A stretch of 63,992 nucleotides of DNA, filler included, from an uncultured Acidimicrobiia bacterium (GTDB taxonomy: Bacteria > Actinomycetota > Acidimicrobiia > Spongiisociales > JAOTWH01), in assembly GCA_964347285.1 (NCBI GenBank). It is 5 parts of 5 records of this genome, joined end to end, with 100 filler letters (N's around TTAATTAATTAA, not from the genome) between each part and the next. Parts side by side here need not be neighbours in the genome. Positions count along the whole stretch, not along the records: positions 1 to 13,120 come from CAYFYE010000069.1; 4 more parts are not named here. The stretch is one strand, 5' to 3'. The notes under the pieces were generated by a model that had not been told where the DNA came from, made no database searches, and worked only from the letters and a program-made list of their open reading frames with translations. Shown in pieces: positions 1-9,345 of this stretch; position 1 is the stretch's first letter; each line of letters starts with the position of its first letter. Both the position numbers and the translations under genes were made by a program.

Positions 1-2
1 CC

Positions 3-1013
3 CCGGTCCTCGTCGCCGGAACCGACGTGTACTTCGAAGAGGCCTGGGAGGAGATGCAGCATTTCGTGGAGAAGGCCCGGCTCCCCGTGTTTGCCAGCGG
101 CATGGGCCGGGGAACCCTGCCGGCCGACCATCCGCTGGCCTTCTCCCGGGCGCGGGCTAGAGCTCTCGACGGCGCCGATGTGGTCGTGGTGGCCGGCACC
201 CCCCTCGACTTCAGATTGCGCTTCGGTGACTTCGGGGGAGCTGCCGTGGTCCACTTGGTCGACGCTGCCGACAGTCGGGCCGCCCACGTGGAATTGGCCG
301 GCTCGGCTGCCGGCGACCTGCGGTACACCTTCGGGGCGCTGGCCGACCTGGTATCGGACGATGCCGATCGGGGCACGTGGATCGACGACTTGCGGGAAGA
401 GGAGACCGCCCGGCGGGCCGCCGATCGGGCCGATCTGGACAGTGACGCCGAGCCCATCCACCCGGCCCGCGTCTATGGAGAGCTCGACGAGATCCTCGGC
501 GAGGATGCGGTGGTGATCGGTGACGGGGGAGATTTCGTCAGCTTTGGGGGCCGCTACGTGACTTCGACCCGGCCGGGTCGCTGGATGGACACCGGACCCT
601 TCGGATGCCTGGGCAACGGCCTGGGCTACGCCATAGCCGCCCGGCTGGTGTATCCGGATGCTCCGATCGTGCTACTGATGGGGGACGGCGCCTTCGGCTT
701 CTCCGGAATGGATTTCGACACGCTGGTGCGCCACGGCCTGGCCGTGGTAGCCGTCGTCGGCAACAACGGCATCTGGGGCCTCGAGAAACACCCGATGCGG
801 GCCTTGTACGGCTACGACGTCGCCGCCGATCTCCAGGCCGAGTGCCGCTACGACCTGGTGGTCGAGGCCCTGGGAGGCCACGGGGAGTTCGTCAGCGCGC
901 CCGGCGAGATTCGTCCGGCGATCGAGCGGGCCCTCGAGGTCGGCATACCGGCCCTGGTGAACGTGGTCGTCGACCCGGCCGTCATGTACCCCCGATCGAG
1001 CATGCTCGTGTGA
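3..1013 (+). CDS. ThDP-dependent enzyme, acetolactate synthase-like / 2-hydroxyacyl-CoA lyase family (5' truncated by window edge)
   Basis: ThDP motif GDGAFG...GNNGIWG; reading frame is open back to position 3. Confidence 0.85.
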   Translation, partial: PVLVAGTDVYFEEAWEEMQHFVEKARLPVFASGMGRGTLPADHPLAFSRARARALDGADVVVVAGTPLDFRLRFGDFGGAAVVHLVDAADSRAAHVELAGSAAGDLRYTFGALADLVSDDADRGTWIDDLREEETARRAADRADLDSDAEPIHPARVYGELDEILGEDAVVIGDGGDFVSFGGRYVTSTRPGRWMDTGPFGCLGNGLGYAIAARLVYPDAPIVLLMGDGAFGFSGMDFDTLVRHGLAVVAVVGNNGIWGLEKHPMRALYGYDVAADLQAECRYDLVVEALGGHGEFVSAPGEIRPAIERALEVGIPALVNVVVDPAVMYPRSSMLV

Positions 1014-1387
1014 TGAACGTGTCACCGGGAAAGGAGGCCTTCGTCCGCTTCGAGGTCACCGAGGCCGATACGGCGCCGGCCGTGGGATCGGGGGACGTCC
1101 CGGTGCTGGCGACGCCGCGCCTCATCGCCTGGTGTGAGGCCGCCACCGTCGCCGCTGTTGCCGACTCGCTGGGCGGGGGGGAGACCTCGGTGGGAACCCG
1201 CGTCGTGGTGGATCACCTGGCCGCTTCTCGCCCGGGGGCCACGGTCGAGGCCCGGGCCGTTCTCACCGAGGCGAAGGGGCGCCGGCTGCGGTTCGCAGTG
1301 GCCTGCCGGGACGAGGAGGGCCGGCTGATCGCCGAGGGAGTCGTCGAACGGGTGGTGGTGGACCGAGAACGGTTCCTGGGCCGCTGA
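1013..1387 (+). CDS. Hot-dog fold thioesterase, fluoroacetyl-CoA thioesterase (FlK)-like
   Basis: GSGDVPVLATP, WCEAA and SVGT..VDHLA motifs; ATG overlaps the upstream TGA (TGATG). Confidence 0.85.
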   Translation: MNVSPGKEAFVRFEVTEADTAPAVGSGDVPVLATPRLIAWCEAATVAAVADSLGGGETSVGTRVVVDHLAASRPGATVEARAVLTEAKGRRLRFAVACRDEEGRLIAEGVVERVVVDRERFLGR

Positions 1388-1500
1388 TGTCGGAGGCGGG
1401 TGCCGACGTAGGCCGGCTCGCCCTGGCGACATCTTCGTGCCCTCGCCATGATGATGGGGACGGCGCTACCGTCGGGACGCATGGCCTACCCGGGATAGAC

Positions 1501-2211
1501 GTGGACGGTTTCCCGCAGCAACCGATCAGTGCCGTACCGGCGGTGACCGCCGAGGAAATGGCCGAGGTGGACCGGATCATGGTCGAGGATCTGGTGATCG
1601 AGCTCGTTCAGATGATGGAGAACGCCGGCTCCAATCTCGCCGACTTGGCAGTTCGACGCTTCGAGCCCGAGTCGGTGCTGGTGCTGTGCGGGGCGGGGGG
1701 CAATGGAGGCGGAGGCCTGGCGGCCGCCCGCCATCTCGTCAATCGGGGGAGCCGGCCCAAGGTGGTGCTGGCCCAGCCTCCCCGGGAGCTGGCCGGTGTG
1801 CCCGGCCACCAGTTCGAGATCGTCGAGCGCATGGGGGTGCCGGTCCTCGACGAGCCGGAGCCGGCCGATCTGGTGATCGACGCGTTGATCGGCTACAGCC
1901 TGCGGGGAACCCCCCGGGGCCACGTCGGAGAGCTGATCTACTGGATCAACGATCAGGAGTCGCCGGTCCTGTCGCTCGATACGCCGTCCGGTCTGGACGT
2001 GACTACCGGTGAACCACACGATCCTTTTGTCCGGGCGACCGCCACCATGACTCTGGCCTTGCCCAAGACCGGCCTCGTCAAGGCTCCCGAGGTGGGGGAG
2101 CTCTACCTGGCCGACATCTCGGTGCCGCCGGGCGTGTACCGGCGACTCGGCATGCAGGTCCCGGCAGGCCTCTTCGCCGACGGCGCCATTGTGCGCCTGG
2201 TCGCCGGGTAG
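1501..2211 (+). CDS. nnrE: NAD(P)H-hydrate epimerase (stand-alone YjeF N-terminal domain); start uncertain (1387 or 1501)
   Basis: MMENAG, GxGGNGG, DALIGYS, LDTPSG, ATATMTLALPK and LADISVP motifs. Confidence 0.85.
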   Translation: MDGFPQQPISAVPAVTAEEMAEVDRIMVEDLVIELVQMMENAGSNLADLAVRRFEPESVLVLCGAGGNGGGGLAAARHLVNRGSRPKVVLAQPPRELAGVPGHQFEIVERMGVPVLDEPEPADLVIDALIGYSLRGTPRGHVGELIYWINDQESPVLSLDTPSGLDVTTGEPHDPFVRATATMTLALPKTGLVKAPEVGELYLADISVPPGVYRRLGMQVPAGLFADGAIVRLVAG

Positions 2212-2251
2212 GCGGCCGGGCATCTGCCCGCAGCTCTCTACCATCGCTGCG

Positions 2252-3337
2252 ATGCCAATGACCGTAGCTGAGGTGCTGGCCGCCCTGGGCCGGGCGGCCC
2301 CGTTCGACAAGGCGGCCGGTTGGGACCCGGTGGGCCTCCAGGTCGGGGATATCGAGGCGGTCGTGGAGCGGGCCGCCGTATGTCACGACGTCACGGATGC
2401 CGTGGTGGCCGCCCTCGAATCGGATCCGCCCGATCTGCTGGTGCCTTATCACCCGTTGCTCTTTCGTCCCGTCACCAGGTTCTTGGCCGGCCCCTCTCCG
2501 TCCGGCCGCGCTCTTCGCCTGGCCGCCCTGGGGGTCGCCGTCGGCGTCGTCCATACCGCGTTCGATGTGGCCCGAGGAGGAACGGCCGACGCCCTGGCCG
2601 AGGAGTTGGGCCTGCGGGACGTGTCCGGTTTTGGACCGCTGTGGGGGGAGGATTCCGTGAAACTGGTGACGTTCGTGCCCGCCGTTGCCGTCGATGCCGT
2701 CGCCTCTGCACTCACGGGTGCGGGAGCCGGAACGATCGGCAACTACTCGGCCTGCTCGTTCCGCACGGCCGGCATCGGCACCTTCCACGCCGGTGCCGGA
2801 ACCCGTCCGGCTGCAGGGCGTCCGGCGGCCTGGAATTCCGAAGAGGAGATCCGCCTCGAGATGAGTGCTCCCCGTAGCCGGCTCGATGCAGTGGCCTCCG
2901 CCCTGGTAGCGGCCCATCCCTATGAAGAGCCGGCCTTCGACGTCTACGAGCGGCGCGGTGACGCAGCCATGGTGGGTCGAGTGGGAAGTGTGGATGCTGC
3001 CAGCACTGCCGCCGACTTGGCGGCTACGGCCAAGGAGCGACTGCGGGGAGATGTCCGGATGGCCGGAGGGAGGGACACTCCGATCCGACGTGTTGCGGTC
3101 GTTCCCGGGTCGGGCGCCGATTTCATCGAGGCGGCCGCGGACGCCGGCGCCAACGCCCTGGTGACCGGCGACGTGTCCCACCATCGAGCCCGGGAAGCGC
3201 TCGATCGGGGCCTGGCGGTGATCGATGCCGGCCACGCCGGCTCCGAGCGTCCCGGGGTGCGCCGTCTGTACGCTGCCGTGGCCGAAATCGTCGACACCGT
3301 CGATCTGAGCGAGGTCGACCCGGATCCGTGGTCCTGA
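2252..3337 (+). CDS. Nif3-like dinuclear metal centre hexameric protein with PII-like insert
   Basis: WDPVGLQVG, YHPLLF, HTAFD, GAGTIGNYSACSF, HPYEEPAFD and DAGH..SE motifs; TACCAT -10 box 7 nt before the ATG. Confidence 0.92.
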   Translation: MPMTVAEVLAALGRAAPFDKAAGWDPVGLQVGDIEAVVERAAVCHDVTDAVVAALESDPPDLLVPYHPLLFRPVTRFLAGPSPSGRALRLAALGVAVGVVHTAFDVARGGTADALAEELGLRDVSGFGPLWGEDSVKLVTFVPAVAVDAVASALTGAGAGTIGNYSACSFRTAGIGTFHAGAGTRPAAGRPAAWNSEEEIRLEMSAPRSRLDAVASALVAAHPYEEPAFDVYERRGDAAMVGRVGSVDAASTAADLAATAKERLRGDVRMAGGRDTPIRRVAVVPGSGADFIEAAADAGANALVTGDVSHHRAREALDRGLAVIDAGHAGSERPGVRRLYAAVAEIVDTVDLSEVDPDPWS

Positions 3338-4050
3338 TGGACGAGTTGCGAAGTCTCGAAGATCTCCTCGACCTCCAGGGCGTCGACTTGGAGATCGATC
3401 GGTTGCTGGAACGCCGCCAAGCGCTGCCCGAGCTGGAGCAGTACAAGGAGGCCCACAACGAGACCGAGGCTCTGGCGGCCCAGGTCGGGGAAGCGGAAGA
3501 GCAGTTTCGAGAGGTGGCCCGGCAGTTCGACAAAAGCTCGGGAGAGCTCACCATTTTGGAACAGAAGCGGGATTCCGAGGAGCGCCGTCTCTATGCAGGC
3601 GGCCTCAATGCCCGTGAGACGGAAGCCCTGATGCAAGAGGTCGAGATGCTGCGCCGGCAGGCCGAGCAGATGGAAGAGGCGACGATTGCTGTGATGGAGC
3701 AGCGCGACGAAGCCGAGGCAGTGCTCGAGGATCTCCGTACTCGGCTGGCGGCGGCGCAGAGCAATGAAGCCGAGCTCCAGGGAATGATCAAGAAGGAGTG
3801 GGCTGTGATCGATGCCGACATCGCTCGTCACGAGGCCCGCAAGGCCGACATCGCCAAGCTGATCTCCGGCGACCTCATCGAGATATACGAGGAGATCCGT
3901 CCCATCAAGGACGGGGTGGCGGTGGGGCGGCTCGGAGGAGGAGTGTGCGGCGGCTGCCATCTGCGGCTGTCTGAGGCCGAGCAGCTCGAAGCGCTCCGGC
4001 AGGATCCGCCCCGCTGCACCCACTGCCGGCGCATACTGGTGCCGCAGTGA
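3337..4050 (+). CDS. Coiled-coil protein with C-terminal C4 zinc ribbon (DUF164 family)
   Basis: Long coiled coil followed by CGGC...CTHCRRIL; usual position between Nif3 and RNase H; TGATG coupling. Confidence 0.88.
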   Translation: MDELRSLEDLLDLQGVDLEIDRLLERRQALPELEQYKEAHNETEALAAQVGEAEEQFREVARQFDKSSGELTILEQKRDSEERRLYAGGLNARETEALMQEVEMLRRQAEQMEEATIAVMEQRDEAEAVLEDLRTRLAAAQSNEAELQGMIKKEWAVIDADIARHEARKADIAKLISGDLIEIYEEIRPIKDGVAVGRLGGGVCGGCHLRLSEAEQLEALRQDPPRCTHCRRILVPQ

Positions 4051-4457
4051 CCGGGCGGGTCGTCCTCTACACCGACGGGGCTTCCCGGGGCAATCCCGGC
4101 CCGGCCGCGATTGGAGCGGTGCTATACGAGGACGACGGCGGGGCCCTCCGCCCGGTGGAGACCGTGTCGGAGGCCATCGGCTCGGCCACCAACAACGTGG
4201 CCGAGTACCGGGCCGTGGTGGCCGGCCTGGAAGCTGCCCGACGGCACGGGGCCACGGAGATCGAGCTCCGTTCCGACAGTCTGTTGCTGGTCCGCCAGCT
4301 CACCGGAGAGTACAAGGTGAAGGCACCGGGGCTGAAGCCGCTCTTCGCCGAAGTCCGACGGCTGCTCCAAGGCTTCGACCGAGTCGAGATCAGGCACGTG
4401 CCTCGCGAGGAAAACGAGGAAGCCGATGCCCTGGCCAACGCCGCACTCGACGCATGA
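4047..4457 (+). CDS. rnhA: Ribonuclease HI
   Basis: TDGASRGNPG, TNNVAEY, SDSLL, HVPREENEEADALAN. Confidence 0.93.
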   Translation: MTGRVVLYTDGASRGNPGPAAIGAVLYEDDGGALRPVETVSEAIGSATNNVAEYRAVVAGLEAARRHGATEIELRSDSLLLVRQLTGEYKVKAPGLKPLFAEVRRLLQGFDRVEIRHVPREENEEADALANAALDA

Positions 4458-4996
4458 TCTTCTGGCACCTGGGGGCGACGTTGGCCCTCGTCCGCTACGT
4501 ATTTCGCGATCCAGAGATGGATGTGCGCCTGCTGCTGGTGGGGGCCCTCCTGCCCGACCTAATCGACAAACCGATCGGGCGTGTCTTCTTCGCCGACCGC
4601 GTTGACGGCGGCCGACTCGTCGGCCACAGCCTGCTGTTCGCGGCGGTGCTGATGGCAATCATTCTGGTGGTCACCAAGCGGGGCGGCCCGGTCCGGAGGA
4701 CCTGGCTGCCGCTGGCCATCGGGGCCCTGGTACATCTGGTCCTCGATTTCATGTGGACCCAGCAGGAGACGCTGTTCTGGCCGTTTCTGGGTTGGGGCTT
4801 CACCGAAGGGCTGGCGGGGACCATCGGCGAAGTCCTGGTCGATCAGCTCACCAACCCTTGGGTTGTGGCCGGAGAGGTCGCCGGCGCTGCCTATTTAGCG
4901 TGGATGTGGCGCCGGGCCGGTCTCGGCGACAGGGAGCAGCGCCGGCAGTTCCTGAGAACCGGGCGGTTGGGCGTGGCCATCGGGGGAAGAGGGTGA
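4454..4996 (+). CDS. Membrane-bound metal-dependent hydrolase (YdjM/DUF457-like)
   Basis: N-terminal His, LLPDLIDK, GHSL and HLVLD motifs; hydrophobic segments. Confidence 0.8.
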   Translation: MIFWHLGATLALVRYVFRDPEMDVRLLLVGALLPDLIDKPIGRVFFADRVDGGRLVGHSLLFAAVLMAIILVVTKRGGPVRRTWLPLAIGALVHLVLDFMWTQQETLFWPFLGWGFTEGLAGTIGEVLVDQLTNPWVVAGEVAGAAYLAWMWRRAGLGDREQRRQFLRTGRLGVAIGGRG

Positions 4997-4997
4997 T

Positions 4998-5369
4998 TCA
5001 GTAGCTGCGCCGTAACGTTCGCCACAGCATTCGCAGGGCCACGATCACCAGCAGGACGGCGAAGAGACGGCGCAGCACGGCATCGTCGAGACGCTGCGCC
5101 GCCTGAGAGCCGGCCACGGCACCGACCACCGCTCCGACGGCCATCGGCAGCGCGGCCGGCCAGCTCACCTGGCCGGCCCGGGCACTGACGAACGTGGCGA
5201 TCAGCGCCGTCGGGGCGATCACCGCCAGCGACGTCCCCTGGGCGACCTTCTGGCTGAAGTCGAAGAGAGCGACGAGGGTCGGCACGAAGATGATTCCCCC
5301 GCCCACGCCGAGCACGGTCGCCAGTGCGCCGGTGGACAGGCCGATCACGAGCAGGGTGACGACGATCAT
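4998..5369 (-). CDS. Half-size TauE/SafE (sulfite exporter) family protein
   Basis: GVGGGIIFVP and AQGTSL motifs, about 4 TM segments; ATG overlaps the upstream TGA (ATGA). Confidence 0.8.
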   Translation of the reverse strand: MIVVTLLVIGLSTGALATVLGVGGGIIFVPTLVALFDFSQKVAQGTSLAVIAPTALIATFVSARAGQVSWPAALPMAVGAVVGAVAGSQAAQRLDDAVLRRLFAVLLVIVALRMLWRTLRRSY

Positions 5370-5722
5370 CCGATCGCCAGCCGGATCGCGGCCACGAAGA
5401 GCAGGACGACAAAGGCGCGCGTCAGCCAGATCTCGGGGATTCGCTCCAGGTTGCGGGCTCCCAGGTAGGCGCCGGCGGCGCTTCCGGCGAACAGGTAGCC
5501 GGCCGCCGGCCAGTCGACGTTGCCTTCGATCGCAAAGCCGAGCAGGGCCGTAGTGGCGGCGGCCACGATGATGGCCACCGACGTGGCGTGAGCGCGGCGC
5601 TGATCGAGGCCGACCAGCAGCACGAGGCCGGGAACGAAGATGATCCCCCCGCCTACGCCGAGCAGGCCGGCCACCCCCCCGGCGACCAGCCCAATTGCAG
5701 CCGAGCGCAGCGACGTCCCCAT
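5366..5722 (-). CDS. Half-size TauE/SafE family protein
   Basis: GVGGGIIFVP and AHATS motifs, about 4 TM segments; TAAGAT -10 box 8 nt upstream. Confidence 0.8.
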   Translation of the reverse strand: MGTSLRSAAIGLVAGGVAGLLGVGGGIIFVPGLVLLVGLDQRRAHATSVAIIVAAATTALLGFAIEGNVDWPAAGYLFAGSAAGAYLGARNLERIPEIWLTRAFVVLLFVAAIRLAIG

Positions 5723-5790
5723 GGGCGGCGATCTTAGGGGGGCGGCCCCGTCCCCGACCCGGGTAGCCTCGTCGGCCGAGGAAGCTTTCG

Positions 5791-6771
5791 ATGCGTTTGG
5801 CCATCAGCCCCACGTCTCCCGGACTCACCGCTTCCCAGCGGGTCGAGCTGTGCGCCGCTGCCGAAGCCGACGGCTATCGAGACGCCTGGCTGGCCGAAGT
5901 GGCTGGACCCGAGGCCTTCTCATTGGCAGCGGCTATTGCGGCCCGTACCACGGAGATGGAACTCGGGGTGGCGGTGGTGGCTGCCGCGACGCGCACCCCG
6001 GCACTACTGGCCATGGGTGCGGCCACCGTCAGCCAACTGGCCGGAGGGCGGCGATTCGCGCTGGGCATCGGATCGTCGTCCCAAGTGATCGTCGAGCGCT
6101 GGCACGGGAGGGACTTCGCTCGTCCTCTCCTCCAGGTTCGAGAGGCCGTGGAAGCCACTCGGGCCGCTTTGGCGGGAGAGCGCGCCTATCGCGGCGAGAT
6201 CACTTCGTTCTCCGGCTTCAGTCTCGAGACCGGTCCGGCCGGTCCGGTGCCGATCTACGTGGCGGCACTGGGCCCGGGCATGCTGGCCTTGGCCGGCGAA
6301 GTGGCCGACGGGGTGTGCCTGAACCTCATGCCCCCGCAGATGGTGAGCCGACAGCTGGCCGAGATCCATAGGGGGGCCGAGCGGGCCGGACGCAACCTGC
6401 CGGCCGGATTCGGGATCATGGCCCGTCTCCATGCCGTCGTCGACGACGATCTGGAGGCGGCCCGCTCTGTGGTGCGGAACGCCTTCGCTCCCTACTTCGC
6501 CCAACCGGTGTACAACCGCTTCTTGAGGTGGTGCGGCTTCCCCGAGGCGGCCGACAACATCGCCCGGGCGTGGTCGGAGCGCGATCGGCGCGGGCTGGAG
6601 GCGGGCCTGAGCGACGACGTGGTCGATGCGGTAGCTCTCGTGGGGCCTTTGGAGCGGATTCGGCAGCGGCTCGACGACTACGCAGGTGCGGGAATCGAAG
6701 TGGCCGCGATCAACGTCGTGTCTACCGACCTCACGGCGGTGCGGTCGGTGCTGGCGGCGCTGGCCGGATGA
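5791..6771 (+). CDS. LLM class (probably F420-dependent) oxidoreductase
   Basis: WLAE, GGRRFALGIGSS and PIYVAALGPGMLALAGEVADG. Confidence 0.88.
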   Translation: MRLAISPTSPGLTASQRVELCAAAEADGYRDAWLAEVAGPEAFSLAAAIAARTTEMELGVAVVAAATRTPALLAMGAATVSQLAGGRRFALGIGSSSQVIVERWHGRDFARPLLQVREAVEATRAALAGERAYRGEITSFSGFSLETGPAGPVPIYVAALGPGMLALAGEVADGVCLNLMPPQMVSRQLAEIHRGAERAGRNLPAGFGIMARLHAVVDDDLEAARSVVRNAFAPYFAQPVYNRFLRWCGFPEAADNIARAWSERDRRGLEAGLSDDVVDAVALVGPLERIRQRLDDYAGAGIEVAAINVVSTDLTAVRSVLAALAG

Positions 6772-7424
6772 AACCGGCGATCGCCCTCGGGCTGGCGATG
6801 ATGATCGTCGCCGCCGGCTGTGGCGACGCCTCCGAACCCAAATCGACTGCGCCCCAGGATCCGGCGTCGGCGGTAGGTTTGTGGATCGAGGCGGTGGTCT
6901 CGGGCGATTCCGCTGCCGTGGCTGCGGTGGTCCCGGACTACCAGATCGCTCTGCTGGTGGCCATCGAGAATCCCCTCAGCGTGGCCGAGACGCGCCGTGC
7001 CCTGTCGGACGGCCTCTCCGCCGCCACCCAGGCGGCGTACTGGACGTCGTTCGTGCAGGCGTTCGGTGATTCGGCGGGGGTCGACCTGGCCTCTTTGGAG
7101 GCGACCGGCTCGGAGAGCTTTGCCGTCGATGGACGGGACTTCGCCGAGGTAACGATGGAGGGGGAGGGCCGGGCCGCAGTGGTAGCGACTCGGGGCGAGG
7201 AGGGCTGGCTGGTCGACCTGATGGCCACCTTGGGACCGACCCTGGTGCGGCCTCTGCGGGACCTCGTCGATGCTCTCAGCCGAGACGCCAACGACGAAGA
7301 CCTGGCGCGGCTGTTTGGGGAGTTGGCCACCTCGCTGCGGGCCGGTCAGCAGAGCAGGTCGGAGGAGCTTCCCCCAGAGTTTCGATCCGACCTCGAGGCC
7401 TTGCTCCAGGTGCTGGAACGCTAG
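6768..7424 (+). CDS. Hypothetical lipoprotein
   Basis: Signal MKPAIALGLAMMIVAAGC with lipobox; ATGA overlap with the upstream gene. Confidence 0.7.
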   Translation: MKPAIALGLAMMIVAAGCGDASEPKSTAPQDPASAVGLWIEAVVSGDSAAVAAVVPDYQIALLVAIENPLSVAETRRALSDGLSAATQAAYWTSFVQAFGDSAGVDLASLEATGSESFAVDGRDFAEVTMEGEGRAAVVATRGEEGWLVDLMATLGPTLVRPLRDLVDALSRDANDEDLARLFGELATSLRAGQQSRSEELPPEFRSDLEALLQVLER

Positions 7425-8431
7425 CCGGCGGCGGCTCGCAGGCGGGGCAGGACCTCGGCCCCGACGAGATCGATGAGCGCTTCTTGTTCCAAACCGGTCA
7501 TCTGAATCGTTATGACGTCCGCTCCCACCTCCGTGAGAAGCGGCAGGTATACATTCACGATCTCATCGGGCGACGATACGATCGAATAGCGATCCAGGAT
7601 CTCTCGGCGCGGCATCTCATCGGCACGGAGGCGTAGGTCGAGGGGGTCGACCGCTTTGAGGCGCCCGGGAGCCCGCAGGCCTCGCCACGCTCCCAGCGCT
7701 CTCCACGCCTCGTCCTCGTTGTTGGCGTATATGGCCCACCGGGTGGCCAGCAGGCGCGGGGTGGGTCGACCTGCCTGGGCCGCCGCCTCTTTGGCCGGCC
7801 CGACGACTTTGTCCATGGTGTCGGCGGGTACCTTGACGCTGGTGATGATCCCATCGGCAATTTGGGCCGCCAGCGTCGCCGACTTGGGACCTCCGGCCGC
7901 CAGCCATATGGGGACATAGCCGAGCGGAGGACTGTACAGCCGGGCCCGGTCGGTTTGGTAGAAGGCGCCCTCGAAGGTCAGCTTCTCGCCGTCGAGAAGA
8001 CGGCGCATCACCTCGATGGCCTCCCGCATCCGGGCCGCCCGTTCGGCGTATCGGGGGAACGGGTAGCCGAGCGGTCCCTCGTTGATGTTCTCGCCCGTGC
8101 CCACGCCCAGGTTGAAGCGCCCCGCTGAGAGCCGATCCAATGTGGCAGCCGCCTGGGCTACGACCCCGGGGTGATACCTGAAGAGAGGAGTGCTCACACC
8201 GGTGGTGAGAAAGGCGCGTTCGGTGGCCTGAGCCATGGCCGCGATCGTGGAGAAGGCGAATCCGGACGCGCCGAGATCGTCGACCCACGGGTGGAAATGC
8301 TCGGAGACCACCAGGCCGTCGAAGCCGGCCCGCTCGGCGCGGCGTGCATGGGCGACGAGCGTCTCGGGATGGAACTGCTCGTGGCCGCAGAAGTAGGCGA
8401 ACTGGGGCAGGGCGCTCCCTTTCAGGGGCAT
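7421..8431 (-). CDS. F420-dependent oxidoreductase, G6PDH (Fgd)-like LLM family
   Basis: HEQF, SEHFHPW, RYHPGVVAQA and LGVGTGENINE. Confidence 0.88.
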   Translation of the reverse strand: MPLKGSALPQFAYFCGHEQFHPETLVAHARRAERAGFDGLVVSEHFHPWVDDLGASGFAFSTIAAMAQATERAFLTTGVSTPLFRYHPGVVAQAAATLDRLSAGRFNLGVGTGENINEGPLGYPFPRYAERAARMREAIEVMRRLLDGEKLTFEGAFYQTDRARLYSPPLGYVPIWLAAGGPKSATLAAQIADGIITSVKVPADTMDKVVGPAKEAAAQAGRPTPRLLATRWAIYANNEDEAWRALGAWRGLRAPGRLKAVDPLDLRLRADEMPRREILDRYSIVSSPDEIVNVYLPLLTEVGADVITIQMTGLEQEALIDLVGAEVLPRLRAAAG

Positions 8432-8543
8432 CCCAGGTTACGAGAACGGTGGGCCAAGGAGAGGTCGCGAAAACCAACAATCTGGACGGTCGATGGGTAA
8501 TAATCCTGACCTCGATCGGGAGTTGAGGAAGGAGGACGACTCC

Positions 8544-9251
8544 GTGCAACTCTGGCAAAAGCTTCTCGCCGAAGTTTTCGGAACGATGGTGCTGGTCGGC
8601 TTCGGCACCGGAACCATCCTGGCGGCCCTCGCCACCGACACCCCGCTCCAAGCTGCGGTCCCACTCGGGTTCGGGCTGGCGCTGCTCGTCGGTCTGTATG
8701 CCGTCGGCGAGGTATCCGGCGGCCACTTCAACCCGGCGGTGACCCTGGCCGCATTCTTCGATAGGAGGATCAGTTTCGGGGACCTTGTCGGATACTGGAC
8801 CGCCCAGTTCGCCGGCGCCGTACTCGGCTCGTGGTTCGTGGCCATTCTCGTGAACCGGGTGGCCGTTTCGCAGACGTTCACGTTCCCGGGCGTGGACGAC
8901 CCCCAGGCGTTCCTGGGAGAGGTCGTGTTCACGGCCGTCTTCGTGTTCTTGATCCTGGCGGTGACCACCGGCGGCCACACGGCGCAGGCCTTTGTGGCCA
9001 TTTCACTGGGCTTGGCGGCCGTGCACTTCATCGGCGTTCCGCTCACCGGGGCGTCGGTGAACCCGGCACGCTCGTTTGCCCCATTCGTCATAGGCGATTT
9101 CCCGGGCGGGTATCCGAGCGAGATCTGGATCTACCTCACTGCACCGCTGGTGGGCGCCATCGTGGGCTGGATCCTCTTCAAGATCATCGTCACCGGTGAC
9201 ACGAGATTTGGAGACGACCTCAAGGGCATTCGCGACGCGGTGGCCGAGTAG
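8544..9251 (+). CDS. aqpZ: Aquaporin (MIP family)
   Basis: Two NPA motifs (SGGHFNPAVT, GASVNPARS); AAGGAGG RBS before the GTG. Confidence 0.9.
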   Translation: MQLWQKLLAEVFGTMVLVGFGTGTILAALATDTPLQAAVPLGFGLALLVGLYAVGEVSGGHFNPAVTLAAFFDRRISFGDLVGYWTAQFAGAVLGSWFVAILVNRVAVSQTFTFPGVDDPQAFLGEVVFTAVFVFLILAVTTGGHTAQAFVAISLGLAAVHFIGVPLTGASVNPARSFAPFVIGDFPGGYPSEIWIYLTAPLVGAIVGWILFKIIVTGDTRFGDDLKGIRDAVAE

Positions 9252-9290
9252 CTCCCAGCCCCGGCCCCAAGGGGCCCTGGCACGTGAGGA

Positions 9291-9317
9291 GAGAGGCGGG
9301 TGTGCTGCCCGCCTCTC
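9291..9317. terminator. GC-rich hairpin between convergent genes
   Basis: GAGAGGCGGG-tgtgctg-CCCGCCTCTC, a perfect 10-bp stem; no U tract. Confidence 0.55.
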
Positions 9318-9345
9318 CCGCGCCGTGCCTTCGGCCGGTGCCTGC

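Noticed and set aside
4458..5000. RNase P RNA, often found after Nif3-Zn ribbon-RNase H in Actinobacteria
   Set aside because: No GAGGAAAGUCC signature, and the space is filled by a coupled CDS.
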